Source: Felis catus
Taxonomy: Eukaryota
NCBI RefSeq assembly: GCF_018350175.1
Contig: NC_058368.1
Coordinates: forward strand, 207,950,001 to 208,014,000
Length of the DNA: 64,000 nt
Direction: 5' to 3'
The notes under the pieces were generated by a model, which worked only from the letters and a program-made list of their open reading frames with translations, was not told where the DNA came from and made no database searches. Positions 62,331 to 64,000 of the stretch are shown in pieces; position 1 is the stretch's first letter; every line of letters begins with the position of its first letter. The position numbers and the translations under genes are program-made.

Positions 62331-63539
62331 ACGGCTAATGGCCTTCTGACTCAGGCTACACACTGCAACTGGACAAAACTCTAAATGAATGAATTCGTAT
62401 TTTATAGCTACACAAGTATTCAATAGATCACTCATCCGGATTCAGTGATCCACTTCTAGAAAGTTCTTGACGGCTCTTGGGGTGTCCGGCTGAGGCTGGA
62501 AGAAGGAGGAACCCCTGGATTTCTGAGTCCAGGAAACCGCAGGGGATGCAGGTGCTTGGGCATTCCTCTTCAGCGGTTACCACCGAGAGAGGCCCCTCAG
62601 CCTAAAAATACCTGCCAGGGAGCCGGGTGGGGAAGGGAAGAAACCGTGTGGGAGGCACTATTGGAGGGGTTTCAGAAAAAAGACGACAGGACGCGCAGGA
62701 AATCCTGTTTTGCTTAGAGATGTGGCCTAAGGCCAGTTCTTTCCCTCTCCCTTCATCCAGGAAGATGGAACTCAAAATTAGGAGTCACCGCCTTCCTCCT
62801 CCCCCTGCTCTCAGTCCTGTTCTTCTGCTCTGCCGTGGCACTCCTCCAGTGACAGGAACGGTGCAGGGAGAGGAGGGGCAATGGGGACACCAGCAGGGTT
62901 CTTAGGTTCTCTTGTTCAGCCGCTCACTCACTGAGGTATCTAGCACCCTCTGATTCTGCTCTTATATCACGACCACGTTTGAGAAACCCCATCCCACCCT
63001 CCTATGTCACTCCCTCCAGAAACTGGGCTTCTGGGAGCCTCCTTAGCTAGGGGGCCACGGTTGAGTCTGTCCAGCAAATTGAGGTTATATTTGCATATCT
63101 GGTGGGTGTCTTAGGCATTTTCCCTAAAACTGATGTCCTTGGGGGTACATTCGAGGTGTCAGGCTGATTCTCTCCCCGCAACTCCCCTTTTGCAGAAGCC
63201 CCCAGGGGACCTCTTTCTCGCATGCTGCATCTTGCTAGGTGGAGACCCTCCAGTGCGCCAAATAAAGGATCAACTTGAAATATTGGTGTCCGAGTCTCTA
63301 GTACATACTGGGGATTGATTTCAAGTAGGAGGGGGTGAAAGACTAAGATTATAGCCTCAAGTTAAAGTAAATTATATGAGGTATTTTCTTAATCATTTGC
63401 TCCAGTGCGTGGGAAAACAATCTTCTTTCGCTTTTACGCAGAAGATTATTGTGTATTGTGAGCTAATATGCATTTTTTATTTGGGTACAAGTCTCCTGCT
63501 TGCTTCAGCTTTTCTGTATATTTAGTGGCCCTATTAATA

Positions 63540-64000
63540 GCTTCTCTTCTTTTCGCTGGTAATTTCCACGAAATATTGTCTTACTCTAGCAATAAGCAAT
63601 ATTCATCCAAAATACAAAAACTAATCTTTAAAAAAAGACTAGTTCCCTTTTTTATGCTTGATGATTATTTAAAAACTGTATATGATAGTTATTTCATTTT
63701 ACCCAATTATTTACTAATATAAGTTGCAATGACAAATCAATCTATAATATTGAGTAACATGTAGATTCTTCTGGTGACAGGAAATTTTAACTTTTTCAAT
63801 TTTGAATTAATAATAAATATAACAAATAATCTAGGAAATTTTAATACGTAAAATTTTAACTTCTGTACATATTTTATAACCAAGGATTATGGTATGGTGA
63901 CCAATATAAGACCTTCAAGCTTAAAAGCTTATCCTACTAAGATAAAGTTGTGTGGGTCACATAGTTGGAAATACGAGTGCAAGGAGGCATCATAAATGAT
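63540..64000 (+). mobile_element. hAT-Charlie DNA transposon relic (transposase C-terminus and 3' region); runs off the window
   Basis: Frameshifted LTLAISNIHP/KIQKLIFKKR resembles a Charlie transposase C-terminus; AT-rich 3' sequence GACCTTCAAGCTTAAAA...GGAAATACGAGT. Confidence 0.55.

Noticed and set aside
63089..63096. Octamer ATTTGCAT
   Set aside because: A single 8-mer is expected by chance; no snRNA-type promoter or gene nearby

Overview
Repeat-dense, apparently non-coding mammalian DNA from a felid (cat or close relative). The species call rests on about 32 tRNA-derived Can-SINEs, several carrying the cat SINEC_Fc 3' end (CTGTCCCAAAAATAAATAAACGTTG followed by an A/T tail). Older mammalian repeats fill most of the rest: MaLR/ERVL LTRs, two partial MaLR proviruses, L1 fragments (one with a recognisable ORF1p relic), L2, MIR and hAT relics (MER5, Charlie). 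I found no credible protein-coding exon, RNA gene or CRISPR array, and I cannot name a host gene. Most supplied ORFs come from SINEs, simple repeats or chance. I do not see a novel biological system here. The best leads are modest: a CpG-retaining palindromic element near 35.9 kb, candidate enhancer motif clusters (7, 45.7, 48.1 kb), tightly spaced inverted SINE pairs, a poly(A)-only retrotransposition footprint and young SINE copies. Repeat family names come from recalled consensus sequences, not a database search, so subfamily labels and the boundaries of old repeats are approximate.
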